A DNA stretch of 62,129 bases, counting the filler. It is 9 parts of 9 records of this genome, joined end to end, with 100 filler letters (N's around TTAATTAATTAA, not from the genome) between each part and the next. Parts side by side here need not be neighbours in the genome. Positions count along the whole stretch, not along the records: positions 1 to 12,387 come from SRR7504441_3338; positions 12,488 to 19,106 come from SRR7504441_3340; 7 more parts are not named here. One strand, written 5' to 3'. The notes under the pieces are model-generated. The model did no database searches. It was not told where the DNA came from and worked only from the letters and a program-made list of their open reading frames with translations. Shown here one piece after another: positions 1 to 13,002 of this stretch (within the stretch, counting starts at the first letter, position 1; the number at the start of each line of letters is the position of its first letter). The position numbers were made by a program, and so were the translations under genes.

Positions 1-1248
1 ATGAGGTCCAACTGGGCGCCTTCTCCGTGCTACGCAGCCTCCGCGGCCTCGTGCGAGGCCCGCTGCCACTGGCAGCTGGACGCAGCGGACGACCCGATCG
101 ACGCGATCAACGCCGCGCTGGATCGGCTGGAGCACACCCGGCCACTCAAGCCGGGGCCGGCGGTCACGATCATGGACGGGAGCATGGGCCGGGAGCTCAC
201 CCTGCAAGGAATGCCGACTGACGAATTATTCTACCAGATATGGAGCGCCCGGGCGATCAGGGACCCGGAGCTCCACCCGATGGTGGTCGAGGCCCATCGG
301 GCGTACATCAAGGCCGGCGCCCAGGCCATCTGCACCAACTCGTACGGGATACAGCCCGGCTACTACAGCCGGCTTGAGCCGGAGCCAGCGCCCGATGCGG
401 CACAGTCGGCGGTCAGCCTGAGCGCATCCCGGAAGCGCTCGCAGGCCCGGATCGCCCGGCCGAGGCTAGGGCAGCTCGACTGGTACGCGCTGATGATTGC
501 GGACGCCCAAACCTCCGCGGAGCTCGCGGTGCAGGCCCGGGAGGAGAGCGGGGCTGCTGGGGCCGGTGTGGAAGTGTGGGGCTGCCTGGGGCCGATCTGC
601 GAGAGCCATCGGCCCGATTTGTTCCGGCGGTTTGTTGAGGCCGAGGGCGAGGCGCATGTCGTGGACTGCTACCGGGAGCTGGCCGTGTCACTTGTCCGGG
701 GCGGGGCTGAGGTGCTGCTGCTAGAGAACCTCAATTGCTGGGAGGAAGCCGAGCTGGCGCTCAAGGCGGTTGAGACGCTGGAGTTGCCAGTTGTGCTCAT
801 GATGGAGGGCGCGATGCGGGAGGATAATCTCACGCCAAAGCCAAATAAGGCTGCGGCAACTGCGCGGAAGGCGATCCGGGCCAAGCAGGCGGGGGCACGG
901 ATCAGGGCTTTCGGCTTTGGGTGCAGTGAGCCGGAGAATATATTGGGCTGTCTTGAATCAATTGAAGCCGCGCAGGGGCTGAGCAAGGAGCTGTCGGGTA
1001 ATAGCATACGGCTGGCGTGCCATTCAAATATCAACGACAGAAAGGAAGTGCACAATAAAGGATTTGACGCAAGCAATACGAAGGACCCAAGCTTGATAAA
1101 GAAGCGGGAGGATCTGGCAGGTGATGACTATGCAGGATACTTAGAATTCTGCAAACAGTTTGTCCAACATGGCGCCACGTATGTTGGTGGATGCTGCGGT
1201 TGTGGACCAGGTGGGATAGAGCGTCTTGTGAATGAGCTCAGCCACTGA
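1..1248 (+). CDS. Homocysteine S-methyltransferase family protein (probably 5'-truncated by the window edge)
   Basis: MDGSMGREL, WSA, H-x2-Y-x2-AGA-x4-TNSY, FGFGC and terminal GGCCG Zn-ligand motifs. Possible in-frame GT-AG intron 412-474. Confidence 0.85.
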   Translation: MRSNWAPSPCYAASAASCEARCHWQLDAADDPIDAINAALDRLEHTRPLKPGPAVTIMDGSMGRELTLQGMPTDELFYQIWSARAIRDPELHPMVVEAHRAYIKAGAQAICTNSYGIQPGYYSRLEPEPAPDAAQSAVSLSASRKRSQARIARPRLGQLDWYALMIADAQTSAELAVQAREESGAAGAGVEVWGCLGPICESHRPDLFRRFVEAEGEAHVVDCYRELAVSLVRGGAEVLLLENLNCWEEAELALKAVETLELPVVLMMEGAMREDNLTPKPNKAAATARKAIRAKQAGARIRAFGFGCSEPENILGCLESIEAAQGLSKELSGNSIRLACHSNINDRKEVHNKGFDASNTKDPSLIKKREDLAGDDYAGYLEFCKQFVQHGATYVGGCCGCGPGGIERLVNELSH

Positions 1249-1582
1249 AGTTATGGTTTCTCTCGTTCCCAAACCTCCTGCAAACATCCCTATAGTACAT
1301 GTATGTACATGTATTGATTTGTGTCTCAATACAAACCTGCTACATACAAACTCCTACAAAATTAATACCAGTATCAACTATTTCGTTCTTGTGGAACTAA
1401 AGCATAGAATGTGTTCCACATTTAAGCGCATAAATTCATTTGAGGCACATTTGTACACTAGTTGTACACTGGACACGTTGAATATACTAGATAGCTATGT
1501 TATCGATAAAACCATGCATGTGCGCTTTGTCATTGCAAAATATCATTATGCAATTGATCTGACTCCCTGGATCGTATCTTGC

Positions 1583-4500
1583 CTACATCATGTCGTATTC
1601 ATACGGGTTTTGAGTTCCCGGCGGGTCAACATGGGTCATCAGCTCTCCACCATCCCAACCTGTGCGGTTGGCCGACTTGTTCCACCAACGCTCCCAGTTA
1701 GCAAAGTCAAGCTCCTCGTTGCCTCCAGTGATCTTGAGCCAGGTCTGCTGTACTTTCTTCTTGAAGTACACGTTGACAGTATGGAGCTCCCACGGCCGTT
1801 GCTCCTTCCAGACCTCAGCCAGGTACTTCCGGAAATCCTTGAAGGAGCACGTGTCATTCAGGTCAGCATATCTCTGCATGATTGCGTAATGGTATCGGAC
1901 TGGAAGAGTCTCTCGCTGGGCCCGCTCCGTTGGAGTGAGCTCGACTTTGTCGGCCTTTTTGCTCTCTGTCTTCTTGATGGGCACCATTGTCTTTAGGGCG
2001 ATCTCCTCTTGGTCGAGCACTTCTTTCTCACCGAGGCGCCTTCGGATTTTGTTTGTCAGCGTCTCCTTGTGCATCACGACAAGCGCCACCTCTCGGCCTG
2101 GTGGGCAGCCAGGCATTTTGGTAGCATCCCAGGTGGTTTGCATCACGCGACGAGTGTTCCTCATCATATTGATTCTAAGGACCCTGCTGTCACCCACCTG
2201 CCAGATTACACTCACTTCAACTGCCACCAAGGTTTGGCAGCTCACCTCAAAGTCTTCATCATAGAGGATCTCACTGAGGGCGTCGAGTGCCTCCACATTC
2301 GAGTCCTGATCGACAAACTTGATGAGTGCCTTTCCGATGAGGTCATTCCGCGAGTATCCCAGGGCTCGGGCTGCAGCTGGGGTGCAGTCAAGTACGTACC
2401 CGTCATTGTCCATAGAGAAAGCAGCCAGGAAGCCGCTAAGCCCAACGATGGTTCCCTTCGGATTAGCTCGATCGTCGTACCTGCCACAATGCATACACTC
2501 AGCATCCCAACCAGATGTGCTTCCGCACCATGGGGCAATCGACAATTTGACCATACTGGACACTTGACCCGCATTTCGTATCTTGGCGTCGAAGATCATG
2601 GGCTGGCAAGTCTCAAACACCTCCTTGTTGAATTTCAGGAATTCGCCGCGGCAGGTTGCGTCTAGTAGCTCCACAAAGTTTGCTTCCTAAGCAAGCACAC
2701 TCTGCTCAATACTTGAAGGGGCTCAGTCACACCTGGACATCGGCGTAGTTCAATTCCAATTGGTGTAGCACTGCATCGGTCGCTTCTTGAATAGTGCTCA
2801 GGGTGTCTAGACCAAAGACAGGACCATGAAGGTTACGAAGTTTCTTACACCCATATTCGTCCATTTCTTCGAAGAGTTGGTCCTCTTCCGCATCGTATAG
2901 TTCGTTGAAAGAGCTGTCGTCGTATTCCAGAGGCTGGCCCAAGTGCGAGAAGACATGCTGAGCAGTGTCAGCCTCAAGCTTCTGAAGTGACACTTCCACA
3001 GCCTCAAACACGACTCCAGCAGTATCGCCATTCTTGTCGTAGTGAGCATACATCTGGAGCTTCACGAGAAGATCGTAAGACGCGCCTTCCAATTCAAAGT
3101 CGAAATCAGTCGAGCACAATGTGATCTGCTTGTCCAATGTCTTGGGGTTGCCAGTCTTGATGATAGACTCGAACTTGCTGACAATCTCATTACGATCGTG
3201 CCAATCGACATAGCGCTACACACACAACCGTCAAGGGCTCTCGCGCCACAAATTAGGCAAACCGTGTAGTGCCGCCCTGCGTGATCGTAGGCCACATTTG
3301 AGTCATCTTGGTCAAACCCATCGGAGGTGAGCTTATCGCATGCCTCGCAGTTCATATCAATGATCCGTCCCTTCAAATCAGTGGCAAAGATGATCGACCC
3401 CGATGCATCAATCAGAACACCTGACTTCATTGGATTTTCTTCACCAGCAGCATACAGGAGCATGTTGTAGTAGCCTGGTTCGGTATTGCTCATGCCCTGG
3501 TACAACGAAGAGAGGCTGGCGTGGTATTCGCGCTCGCCACCTCCCAAGGTTACGTCGTGCATGATTCGGGTCTCCTCACCCGTGTAAAGGTTTTTCAGAT
3601 GCGCCCTGAGTTGAGCTTCGCTTGACTCTGGCTCAGCACTCTTGAAACCAAAGCAGTTTCGGGCCCTCTCGGCAACGCGTTGATCTTGTGACTCGTCAGC
3701 TGCATCTAGGAATAAAGAACCATAGGTGATTTGGCATATGTCAGCTGCCTTAGTGTTGGCATATTTGACTTGATCAGGCTCTAGCCACCTGCAATACACA
3801 ACGCTTAGATTCAGACAGCTGGGCCTAGCTATAGGGTCTTACTCGATGAAGTCCAGGCTGCCTCTGACCAGCTTCGGGGTCCTCCGCGTCACCAGCACTG
3901 GGCCATTCTTCACGAGCTCCCAGATCGGTCTGGCAACCAGCGTGCACACTAGCACAGGCATAGGTTTGCCATTGTACATCTGCTCTGGATCAATCTTTAT
4001 CTGCACAAGCACACGCAGATCGCGCCCATCCCTTGACTTCATCTCCATAGGGAATGGATCCATTGTTAGCTCTTGACCCGTATCACGTGACTCCCTGGCC
4101 AAATCAGCTGCATATGCAATTCTGTCCGTGAATAAGGGATCCGTGTCGTATAGGAAGTCCTCAAATGGTTGGCCTACCACCCCCCGGAACTTGTTGTGGC
4201 CAAGCGTCCCCACAGCATTGATGTTTGCATCAATTACTGTAAAGGCATCATACGGCTGTCCAGCAGCTGTTTCCTCCTGGATATCTGGGCAGAGCTGGAA
4301 TATCATGGTCTTGTTGTTGGCATCTATGATGTAGCTGTCCTGAATCTGCGCTACCACCTGCATCTCTTCGTCTACTCGGAATACTGGCGTGATGCCTACG
4401 ACCATGTGTTCGCGGTTTGTGTCGTCTGCAAGCTGGATTTCGAAGAGTTGCATCGTGTCAATCAGCCCGCTCCTGAGCACTCGTTCCACTTCACACTTAA

Positions 4501-7500
4501 ATTCGTCAGTCGAGTCGAAGGCCTCTCCTTGGAGCAGCTTCATCACGTCATTGACCCGTGTCCTTCGCGCTCTCCGTTTTCCAGCTTTGATCGGGCCAGA
4601 AATGTCATCTCCCTCCAAGACCACACCGTCAACGTCTTCAATCCACTCAGGGTACTCGATTTTACCGTCTTTCAAATTCTTCTCGATTGCAATCATGACT
4701 CTGTTTCTGGAATCTACTGTTAATGGCTCCAGTAGTGTCGGAAAGTCCTGGAGATCGCAAGTGTTGAGATTGATTTCATTGCCAAGTGTCTTTGCCATCT
4801 CCAGGTCAAACGGGTCAACATTCAGTATCGCAGAGCGGATCCTCCGGTCAAGCTCATATGCACCAGGTTGCGCCATCATGTCTCTAGATTCGCACACAAT
4901 GAAGTCGTTCACCACGTTCCTGCGCCTCGGCTTTCCCCTGCTCCGACCCGCCTTATCCAAGCCTGATTCATCATCGCCCGACCGTTCAATATTGTTTTTT
5001 GTATCTTCAGGCAACGCATTCAGTGCACCATCAAAATCTCCCTGCTCGTTGAGATTGCTGATCACATTGTGCACAGTCTCCAGTGATTCGGGAGTAAGCA
5101 TACACGCAAGGTCTGAAAGTGGAATATCGTTGTTGAAGAATTCCTTGCTGCTTCTTACCTTGCTATCAGCGCGCTCTACCTCATAAGCCTTGACCTCGAA
5201 CGGAGGCAAGCTCATCAACACCGTGCGAACATTCCTGTCAAGCTCATGAGCACCAGGTTGCTCCATGACATTTTTTGCATCGAGAACAAGGAGATCGTTT
5301 ACGACATTCCTGTGCCTCGGCTTTCCCCTGCTCCGCCCTGCCTTGTCCAAGCCATCCACATCGTCGGCCAGCCGTTCAATGTTGTTTTTTGTATCTTCAG
5401 GCACAGCGTCCAGCATACCATCAAAGTCACCTTTCTCGTTAAGGTTGTTGACTACATTGTGAACAGTCTCGAGAGTTTTTGGCGTGAGCATTACCATCAT
5501 ATCTGATAGCGGGACATCTTTATCAAAGAACTCATTGCTTGGCTTGCTCCTCTTCTTCCGAGGCCTGCGGCTCCGGCCAACACGACTAGTTGTGTCGTCA
5601 TCCCCTGCAATAATTTCATCGTTTGTCTTGAAAGCAAGGTTCAGATCAGGGATAACTTCACCCCTGTCAGCTTTATTGAGAGCATCATCCAAAAGTTTGC
5701 GGCTCTCTGGGGTAAGTTGGTCCTTGAGTCTATCAAAAGGTGCGTCCTGTCGATATTTGTCGCTGCAGGGCTGCGACATGTCAACAAGTCTGTCGTCAGC
5801 AACCTGCCAAGTGTCGAAAGGAGAGAACATGACAACGCTATGAGCTTTGCCAGCAATGAAATTGTCGCCGTTCCACTTCTCGAGGTCCATTTCTACCTCC
5901 GGAAGCTCTTTGAGGATCTCGTCGTCTTCTTCCTTCTCTTCAGGCGGCGGGAGAAGTGTATGAGGGAAGATGATGGGGGCAGTGCCCTGGAGAAGTGTCG
6001 AGGCGCCGTGCGTCGATGCAACAACGCCAGAACTTAATCCAGTTCCGGCACCCGCTGCGGAGGCGGCAGTTGTGTTTGTGTCTGCACTGTCGTGCACAAC
6101 AACAGCAGTTGCGTCTGTAAGGTCGAGCGTTTGCTCTGTCCTAGCTTGATACATCCTCCTGCGACAGCCGAGGACATCGAGGTCAATCCTCGTCCCCTCG
6201 GGACTTGCACTGCAGAGCGAACATTGGCAGCCAAAGCATTGGCAGTATGTGTTGCCACAAGGAAAGCCCGCCTCCTCTGGGAGTATCGCATTCCAATAGA
6301 AGTACTTCTCACTAAGGCCGTTTCCTGCAGGATCGTATTCAGGCAGGTCTGCATTCCAGCAGGTCCATCGATCTCTATTGAATGTTCGGAAGAGCTTAGG
6401 TGACATACACCAGATCAATAGCAAGAACCACAAGAAGACCAAAAAATCGAACAGAACCACACCGGTATCATACAGCACGATCCACTCAAGGTTGTCACGC
6501 TGCTCTCGGAACATAGACTCAGGATCGCCTTCAGTGCATTGGCCTGTGATGACATCATCGTAGTAGTTGTACTCGTCGGTAGCTTTACCCCAAATCAAAA
6601 AGGAGTAGAACGTCAGGAATCCTGCCACAAGGATGCATGCCATGCGAGTGACGTGCACCACTGGCGGCGAGTAGCATAACGAGCCACCCAGCTTATAGTA
6701 TTGGTAGATTTCCAGCATGATACCTCCACAGAGCAATACAGACAAGACAAACACATGGATGATAACTGATTCCTCCTGGCTTGCAGGTTCTTCTCTTGCA
6801 TCTTTGTTGCGGCGTTCGTATACTGTGTTCTTGTTTCCTGCCGGACAGTCTGGCGTCCATTTGGCTTCCCTTTCATATAGGAGGTAGTAGACTCCATTAG
6901 CTTCTCCCGCATAAGATTCAGCGACATCACATGAAGTCTGTGCAGCACTAGCGCATAAGCTGTCACCTGTGGCACATGCTGCTGAGCCCGGGTCAACTGT
7001 AGGAGCATGTGTTGTAGGCGCGCTGGTCGGGTAGGCAGATGGTCCTGTGGTCGGAGGTGGAGTGGTGGGAACAGCAGTAGGTGCCCATGTTGGTGAATCT
7101 GTTGGAGGGACAACTGTTGGAGCATCGGACGGTGCATGCGACACCACTGTGGGCGCAAAGCTGGTTGGCACCAGGGTCGGTACACCAGTAGGTGTTGTTG
7201 TCGGAGCCCAGGTTGGCCCCTGGGTAGGTGGCGGAGTGGTAGGTGTCCCTGTGGGATATTCTGATGGTGTAGCCGTAGGCGAAAACGACGTCGGTACATT
7301 AGTAGGATGGGCCGAAGTGGGGCGCCAAGTTGGCAGGGCTGTCGGCATGTTTGTTGGCCATGGTCCGATACAAGCAGTTTGAAATGTGTAATTGAATGCC
7401 AATCCACCATATGAGTTGCCAGCTGTGTCGCGGACCGCATCTGCAGCTAGGAACATGGTGTACGACGTGCATGGAGTCACGCAAGGCGTGTCCGGACCCC

Positions 7501-10500
7501 CTGCTGGCGTTGGAGCAGTGGACCCACCCCCGGAATTGGGTTGCGAGCACGTCGGCACTTGAATAGTCATGACCTTGCCGGAATAACCCACCTCGGCAGC
7601 ATTGGTGGTATCGCGAAAGAATGACTTGAGCAGTGGCATGGCCGTATACCCAGCAACACCTGTGAATCCGTCGTCGTTGGCATTACCCGGATCCACTCTA
7701 TATGTAACACCGTTTACATAGTTGACAACAGAATTGTCCTGCTGGGGGTCGTACATTGTTATACTCGTGTCCGTAGTGTCGGCTGGAGCTGTTGCAGTCC
7801 CAGGATTGGTGGTAGCTGAAAACCCAGGACCAGTACCCGAATAGACTGCACCTGTGTTGATATTTCCCGTGCACCCAGATTGGCTGAAGCTGATTGGCTC
7901 GTTTAACTGAAAGTTCGGCTCAGAGTCAACGGTGTTGAGGGTAGTCGGGCCATTGCTCCTCCCATCAAGTATGCCGGTGCCCACTAAAGTCGTCGGCTGT
8001 ACTCCGATGGTGGCTCCTCGCAAGATTGTAAACTTGGCGCCAGAAACTTGCCCGATGATAATGTCTCGTAATACAGGATTACAGCCTCCGTTGGTTGTAT
8101 ATTGGATTGTCTTCAGGTTCCCAGCAATCTGGGTTCCAGTTAACAGGAGGTCCGCGCCGGTGACTGTCATGGTACAATAGTCGATCACCCCGTTGCTGTT
8201 CACTGCTGGGTAGGACATAATTGTGGCCGACACACCCGTTGGATAATTCGCTTGAGCGTTGTTGGTAGTGGTTATCCTCATGCCGGCATACCACATGTTT
8301 GTTGTTGGTGCAGTGGCCGAGCAGGCACCGCCGTCAGGGTTCTCTGACAGTGCGATCGTCTGCACTGTCTGTGACAATGTTAGGCAAGGAGCCACGGTTG
8401 TGCTGTCGGTTGTGCACGACCCAGCAATCACATCCTCGTTGAAAGTGAGCTGGATTTGATCCAAAGCCTCGTAGTTCACCACGGCGTTCCCGTTCAAGGG
8501 TGAATATCTCGTGATCCATGGTGCTTGCTCGTCTGCCATCGTGAAATAGTAGTTGTTCTCTGACAGTCCGGCGAATCTGTTGTCATTCAAATCCTTTACC
8601 ACGTCTGTGAGCGCAATGCTATAGGTCTTCAAGGATTGCAGCACGGTCTCAAACTGAATGAACACTTCGTATTGGATCGGATTCCCATTCTCGGGATTCG
8701 CGGGATTCACGCAGGTTGAAATCACAAGGCCGTTCTCGTCTGGATTGGTACAACTGCGGGCACCGATTGACGTGTACCCTGAGACGCGGCTGCTCTCAAG
8801 AGTGGTGCTCTCCAGGAAAGCCCAGGTGTAGCCCCCGCCAGTGGCTGCTGTACCCAGGTACAAGGATACTTGTGAGCCCGCAACCAAAGACATCACATTC
8901 TGATCATAGAATGTGATTTTCGAGGTGTATGGTCTCTCTATGGCTACGCCAGTTGCTTGGTGGGCTGGGTCCTTTGCGATGATCACTGGTGGGTTCCCAT
9001 CAATCACATTGAAGTAGTACGATCCACTGCAGAAGTGGCCAGAGTGGACTCCCTCGAACAGGTCGTTGCCAGAGTTGTCGACTACAGCATCTGCAGGGAA
9101 GTTCAAAGAATATCGATTGCCCCCCTTTAGAGGCCCTCCCAAGTCATCGTTTGTAAGAACCAGAGTGAGGGAATCTGAAGCCATTCTACTGTGCAGCTGC
9201 ACAGGTCTGTTGCCGTTGTTGTCAGACGTGTCAAGAATGCAATTGCCGCCGTGACACAGGTATGAATAGAAAACGACCCACTTGCCGACTACTGCACTGA
9301 TAGGCTCGTTGAAAGTCAAGGTGCACCCGCTGTTGGTGGGCACAAGCGCCCTCTTCAGCGGATCATATGCAGTGATATAAGGAGCAGCGTCATCCTTGGT
9401 AGTGAACTGGTAGGTCGGCCCTGCATCCGTCCCAGAGATAGTTGCCATCAGAGCAGAGGGTTGACTCGAGCATTCCGCCGAGCCGCACCACTTGTTACCA
9501 AACGCCTCTGCCTCCACCAGCACCGTGTATTGGGTCTTGACAATTGTGGCAAAATCTGTGTCCAGGTCGAACGTGACACTGGTTTCATCGGGGTTGATGG
9601 TTGTAGTGCACCCAGGAGGGGATGGTGTTCCACTTGGATAGCAGTTGATGACTGTTTGACCCTGTGACGTGTCTGTTGGGGTGAAGCTGACGAGCTTGCC
9701 AGTCGTTCCCATTTGAATCTCCGTGTTGAAGTACAGGGTGACTGTGTCATCCGCGAGCACACCCACAGCATCTTGAATAGGGTCATACTCAATGACGTAC
9801 GGTTGAACATAAGAGAGCACGCTGAAAGTATATGTTGTACCAGACAAGCCAGCGAATGTATTCGATGCCAGGTCTTGAACACAGTCGACTGGTATTTCCA
9901 CCTTGTACTCGGTACCAGCAGTAAGCCACTGAGATGTAGTGGTCGGGGGGCTGAGAGTGACCGTCCGGCCGTCGGTACTCGAATATGTGACCTGAGTCGA
10001 TTGCACATCCCTGGTGTCCGGGAGGTATACGCTTGCTCCAGCACCTGCAGTCACAGAAGTGATGGACCAAATGCACTCTGCTCCTGCAGCAGAGTTCTTC
10101 TGAACAGCCTCATTGAACGTCATGATAATCGATGCGTCTTGCTGCACGCCTACAGCGCCTTGACTTGGATTGTAGGTTGTGATGACGGGGGGTGTGATGT
10201 CGTCAGATTGGAACACTGTGAAATTCGTGCAACACTCGAGGCATGTAACTTTCACCCACTGGACGCAGTTTTGATTCGCAGTGCATGACGGTGTCCATGT
10301 GTGTGTACCAGTGAATGTATTAGTGAAAGTTGTTGGTTGCTGCAGATTGGTCGATTGCGCACTAATGCCCCCAGTGTTAGCGGAATTGTCAAAGAAGGAC
10401 GTCACAGAGCCAGAAGTTGTAGACACAGTAATTGTGCGTGACCCGGTGCCAGAGACGGCAGTGAACATGTAGGCGGCACCGCCATCCACGGCACAACATT

Positions 10501-12387
10501 CGGTCGATACATCTGAATTGTCTTGTACCGGAGCCGAAACTTCACAAACCGAATCAGTGAGACTCGTCACAAAGGTATTGGCTATAAGTGCACTGAATTG
10601 ACCAGAGGTAAATGCATACGTGGAGTCGGGGTCTGAGGCCAGACCATTGATTTGGCTTGCATCATAACCTGAGATTCCAAGAGCATACACCAGAGTTCCA
10701 GCTTGTTTGGCTACGGTGGCATAAGTGCTTGTTGCGGCCTCAGTTCCACAATAAGAGGTCGACGATGGCACGTTCCAATTTTGAAAGTCAGTCGCATAGC
10801 CATCGGTGAGAAGGATGATGACCTTTGAGACTCCGCTGGCAGGATCACGTGCAGAGCTTCCAGAAGAGAAATCGAAGAGATCTTCGTATGCAAGGCGCAT
10901 TGCCTCGCCTGTGTACGTCAAGGATGATGGAAAGTGTGAAGATTGGATGGCTTGATTCATAGTTGTTGCATCTGTGTAGTCTCCCATGTGAAACTGCCAG
11001 TACGTCTCATAAGGCCGGTTTGAGTTGGCGTATCCATTGTTTCTTCGACGAATTCCCCTGCGCCGCCGCCTGCTCCCGTATTGTAGCGTATAGGAGAAGA
11101 CCAGGAAGCCAACCTGCAGGGTCCCAAACATATTAGAGTTGCAGCAAACAGTGATATGGCAGTCACCTGGATGTTGTCTGGTCCAATAGTAGGAAACTGA
11201 CCCACACACAGGGTCGCAAAGTCCAAGCAAGTTTGGAAGTTTCTTGCCCTCACAGATCCGGATCCATCAATTACAAACAAGAGGTCGATTTTGGCTATGC
11301 ACGTATCTCCGCAGCTGGTGCTCGCACCGCACTCTTCACAGCACCGCTGGCACCGCAGCCGCAGTGGATTATTACCGCCTTCATTCAAACACCGCGGGCA
11401 AAAGGAGTCGGCACAATTGCCATTGGTCTTGCAGTTGCTCCACTCGCTCTCACAATCACCCGAGTTAGAGTTGCCGCAGGTGAGCGCAGAAGTTGATAGG
11501 AGCTTTCGTTGGACAAAACTCGCCGCCGTGAAGGTTTCATTGCCAAGACGTGCAATTGGCTCTTTCACCAGTGAGACCACGCCACTGCGCGAACTGTAAC
11601 TCGGCCGCAAATGTGGTGGCAAGGTATCATCTACATGGTCTGGAGCAGGTGGTGTCACTTGGCAGACTGTGCCATCCGCATCAGTTTTCCACGCGCTATA
11701 CTTGGGCTTCTTGATCACACCTCCAGTGTCAAGGTCTTCGACGCTTCCATCTATGCATTCAGCCATGTCAACCCAATCGTCTGGGGGCGCGTCATCATCG
11801 TCAAGTTCGTTCTCGATAGATTCAAGCCGCCTTGATGCGTCTGAGCGACGCCCTGTCAGGGTTGTAGTTTGAGAGCCACACGCATCAGACTGATTAACCG
11901 CGTTACTCAATGCTGTACTCTCTTCAACTCCACCTAGAGTAAACCATTCGGTTGACGCAGTGCACGAAGTTGTTGTGTAGGAAATTGTGGGAACCCCTGC
12001 AGTTGAGACATAGCTCGATCCAGCATACTCCACCATGTTTTGTCCGTCTGTGCACTTTCCACCCAAGGCCAGCGAGAGGGCCCCTGCTGGTCGAGCTAGA
12101 GCTACATCAGCTTCCTCCGGTTGATTGTATGCCAAGATGATCTGGTCATTTGCATCCACAGTAGCCGAACTGACTGCCGTTTCTTTGGGATACTGTGTCT
12201 GGTAGTTTTGCGAGTAGTTGCCCATACCTACAACGAAGAGCATCTGGCGAACTGGGCAGGCCGCGTTGTCTGCCTGGCACATGGCGTTGTCGTTGTAGCT
12301 TCCAATGCCGCATCTCTTGTATCCTGACGGGCAATTATCCGATGTGGTTGTCAGCATTGGACGCTCAGTATAACCACCCTCGTGCCA
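1583..12387 (-). CDS. Giant 3-TM surface receptor (5'-partial, ~3500 aa): Cys-rich/ShK-like, vWA, five Big_5-like Ig repeats, PT stalk, 3 TM, multiple PAS domains, EF-hand-like C-terminus
   Basis: Five ORFs join in frame through GT-AG introns 11114-11166, 3789-3842, 3216-3262 and 2687-2732. vWA MIDAS (IDGSGS...TGEA...LLTDG) is split by the first intron. D-x-x-P-x-I-x3-P...TFNE Ig-like repeats. PAS signatures such as MDNDGYVLDCTPAAARALGYSRNDLIGK. Frame is open to the contig edge. Confidence 0.85.
7000..7370 (-). repeat. Coding (A/S)PT-xx mucin-like tandem repeat forming the receptor stalk
   Basis: PTNMPTALPTWRPTSAHPTNVPTSFSPTATP... repeated 4-5 aa units just before the TM region. Confidence 0.85.
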
Positions 12388-12487
12388 NNNNNNNNNNNNN
12401 NNNNNNNNNNNNNNNNNNNNNNNNNNNNNNNTTAATTAATTAANNNNNNNNNNNNNNNNNNNNNNNNNNNNNNNNNNNNNNNNNNNN
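12388..12487. other. Artificial contig linker
   Basis: 44 N + TTAATTAATTAA (stops in all six frames) + 44 N. Confidence 0.97.
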
Positions 12488-12863
12488 CTTTTCCCCGACT
12501 GGCGACACAGCCTCTAGAGCAACAGTGTTCTATGCCATAAGGGCAGGCTGTATCCCAGTGGTCTTTTCGTCCTGTGGCGAGAGCCTCCTATTGGATGGTT
12601 ACCCTGGATTCCTGCCGGACCCTGGGCCCCGTGGATTCGGTGTTCGGGCAGGATACCAAGTCCTCGCGAATCAGACTGCAGTAATGACTGACGATAGATA
12701 TCTGGTAAGATTGCTTGCTTCGATTGGACCAAAGGAGCGTATTTCGATGCGGGAGAAGTTGCATGAATTGAGGCATCGCGTCTCCTGGGCTGCCGCTACA
12801 CGTCATTCATACGAAGGCTCCCAAACAGCCGCTGATGTGCTCGTAAATTTGATGGTAAATTGA
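12488..12863 (+). CDS. Exostosin family (GT47) glycosyltransferase, 3' fragment
   Basis: FSPTGDTASRATVFYAIRAGCIPVVF matches the exostosin PxGD...AGCIPV motif. Truncated by the linker. Confidence 0.75.
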
Positions 12864-13002
12864 AGTAAATGTCGTGGATGCGCGTAACCAATAATTATAA
12901 AATTTTATACATGTAAAATATGCACACTAGTTAGTACTCTCGAAATGTGGAATGTATTTTATACGTGGTTCATACGCTACCATAGGGATGTGGCGAACCT
13001 TG

